Assembly: GCA_045651865.1 (NCBI GenBank)
Contig: JAZRTC010000021.1
Coordinates: 2,065 to 66,064, forward strand
Length of the DNA: 64,000 nt
Direction: 5' to 3'
From: Acutalibacteraceae bacterium
GTDB taxonomy: Bacteria; Bacillota; Clostridia; Oscillospirales; Acutalibacteraceae
Shown: positions 63,317-64,000 of the stretch, one piece after another
Numbering within the stretch: position 1 is the stretch's first letter
Layout: each line of letters begins with the position of its first letter
Notes under the pieces: model-generated
The model's input: only the letters and a program-made list of their open reading frames with translations
What the model was told of the DNA's origin: nothing
Databases searched by the model: none
Made by a program: the position numbers and the translations under genes

Positions 63317-63505
63317 ATGAAGAAAACTCCGCATCAACGGTTTGTCGAAAAGATAAAGAGGTCGGTTGGTACATATAAGACATCGAATTGCCGTCTAGCG
63401 TCTAAAAAAGAAGGAGGTGAGGTGGATGGGTTAGATGAAGATTTGTTGCGCGAATTAGAGGTACGATTTGAGGAGATTTTTGGGTCAAACTCAGATAATG
63501 ATTGA
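63317..63505 (+). CDS. Small acidic protein (62 aa)
   Basis: GGAGGAG RBS. Confidence 0.45.
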   Translation: MKKTPHQRFVEKIKRSVGTYKTSNCRLASKKEGGEVDGLDEDLLRELEVRFEEIFGSNSDND

Positions 63506-63567
63506 AGGGAGAACGCCCCGATCCGATTTAACGGGTCGGGCAGATTCTCTTTTGAAAGGACTTGTGT

Positions 63568-64000
63568 ATGATGAAAAGGTGTATATTAGCGGTATTGGCT
63601 TGTATTTTGATTACGGCACTTTCTGTTCCTGCAGCGGCGGCTACGGCTGATATAACACAATTAGGCGCTTGTGATGAGCAAAGTGGAGAGATTGAGCAGC
63701 AGAATGCTGTAACGGACGATGCAGCTGTATATGAGGGGGAGTGCCTTATAAAAGCAGATCCGTCGTTGATCGGTGAGGAATACACGGTTTGCGAAGGAAC
63801 ACGCTCGATTAAAGCGGAAGCATTTGAAGACTGCGTGAAGTTAAAGTGCATAGTGATCCCGGATACAGTGGAACATATCGGGAGGGATGCGTTTTCTGAA
63901 ACAGCATTATATCAAGATGAGGATAACTGGGAAGACGGGATGTTGATCGTTGAGGATGAGTATCTTCTCAAAGTGAAAGAGGACATCACGGAATGTCATA
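63568..64000 (+). CDS. Secreted BspA-type leucine-rich-repeat protein (3' end outside window)
   Basis: GAAAGGA RBS, a signal peptide (MMKRCILAVLACILITALSVPAAAA), and a first LRR_5-like unit (AFEDCVKLKCIVIPDTVEHIGRDAFSET). The frame stays open to the window end. Confidence 0.55.
   Translation, partial: MMKRCILAVLACILITALSVPAAAATADITQLGACDEQSGEIEQQNAVTDDAAVYEGECLIKADPSLIGEEYTVCEGTRSIKAEAFEDCVKLKCIVIPDTVEHIGRDAFSETALYQDEDNWEDGMLIVEDEYLLKVKEDITECH

Overview
This 64-kb window appears to come from an anaerobic, spore-forming Firmicute. The cohesin/dockerin proteins and the yqfC-yqfD-ylbJ genes suggest a Ruminococcus/Oscillospiraceae-like organism; that taxon guess is inference only.

The window falls into three parts:
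- **1-22 kb:** GC-rich chromosomal backbone. It carries sporulation genes, a perR-rubrerythrin pair, proC, rsmD-coaD, ispDF, a D,D-carboxypeptidase, galK and a GHL10-dockerin enzyme. A visibly AT-richer C-controlled type II restriction-modification cassette (12.7-15.0 kb) interrupts it.
- **22-31.4 kb:** a mosaic accessory island bracketed by two diverged full-length copies of a leaderless Cu/Zn superoxide dismutase gene. It holds a spoVAD remnant, an AAC(6')-like acetyltransferase, Nudix/MazG/pyrophosphatase/uridine-kinase-like genes and two AT-rich orphan genes.
- **31.4 kb to the window end:** an AT-rich element that starts with a large serine recombinase. Every gene from 35.6 kb onward is on the + strand.

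The third part contains the most unusual content:
1. A tight four-gene TIR operon: two TIR-Sel1-repeat paralogues, one frameshifted TIR-only gene, and one unknown-domain-TIR gene. No recognisable Thoeris effector is present.
2. An HTH-gated locus with an 856-aa orphan protein, a 1401-aa fusion (Hanks-type kinase, Rossmann-like region, RyR-like region, PD-(D/E)xK nuclease) and a stand-alone RyR-domain protein.
3. A 9-kb module of membrane, OmpA-lipoprotein and Gly/Ser-rich proteins, followed by two soluble VirD4/TraG-like ATPases flanking a degenerate ATPase-like protein and a ClpP homologue. No relaxase or VirB4 is in the window.

I recognised no rRNA, tRNA, CRISPR array or IS transposase. All domain calls come from reading motifs in the translations; no database search was run.
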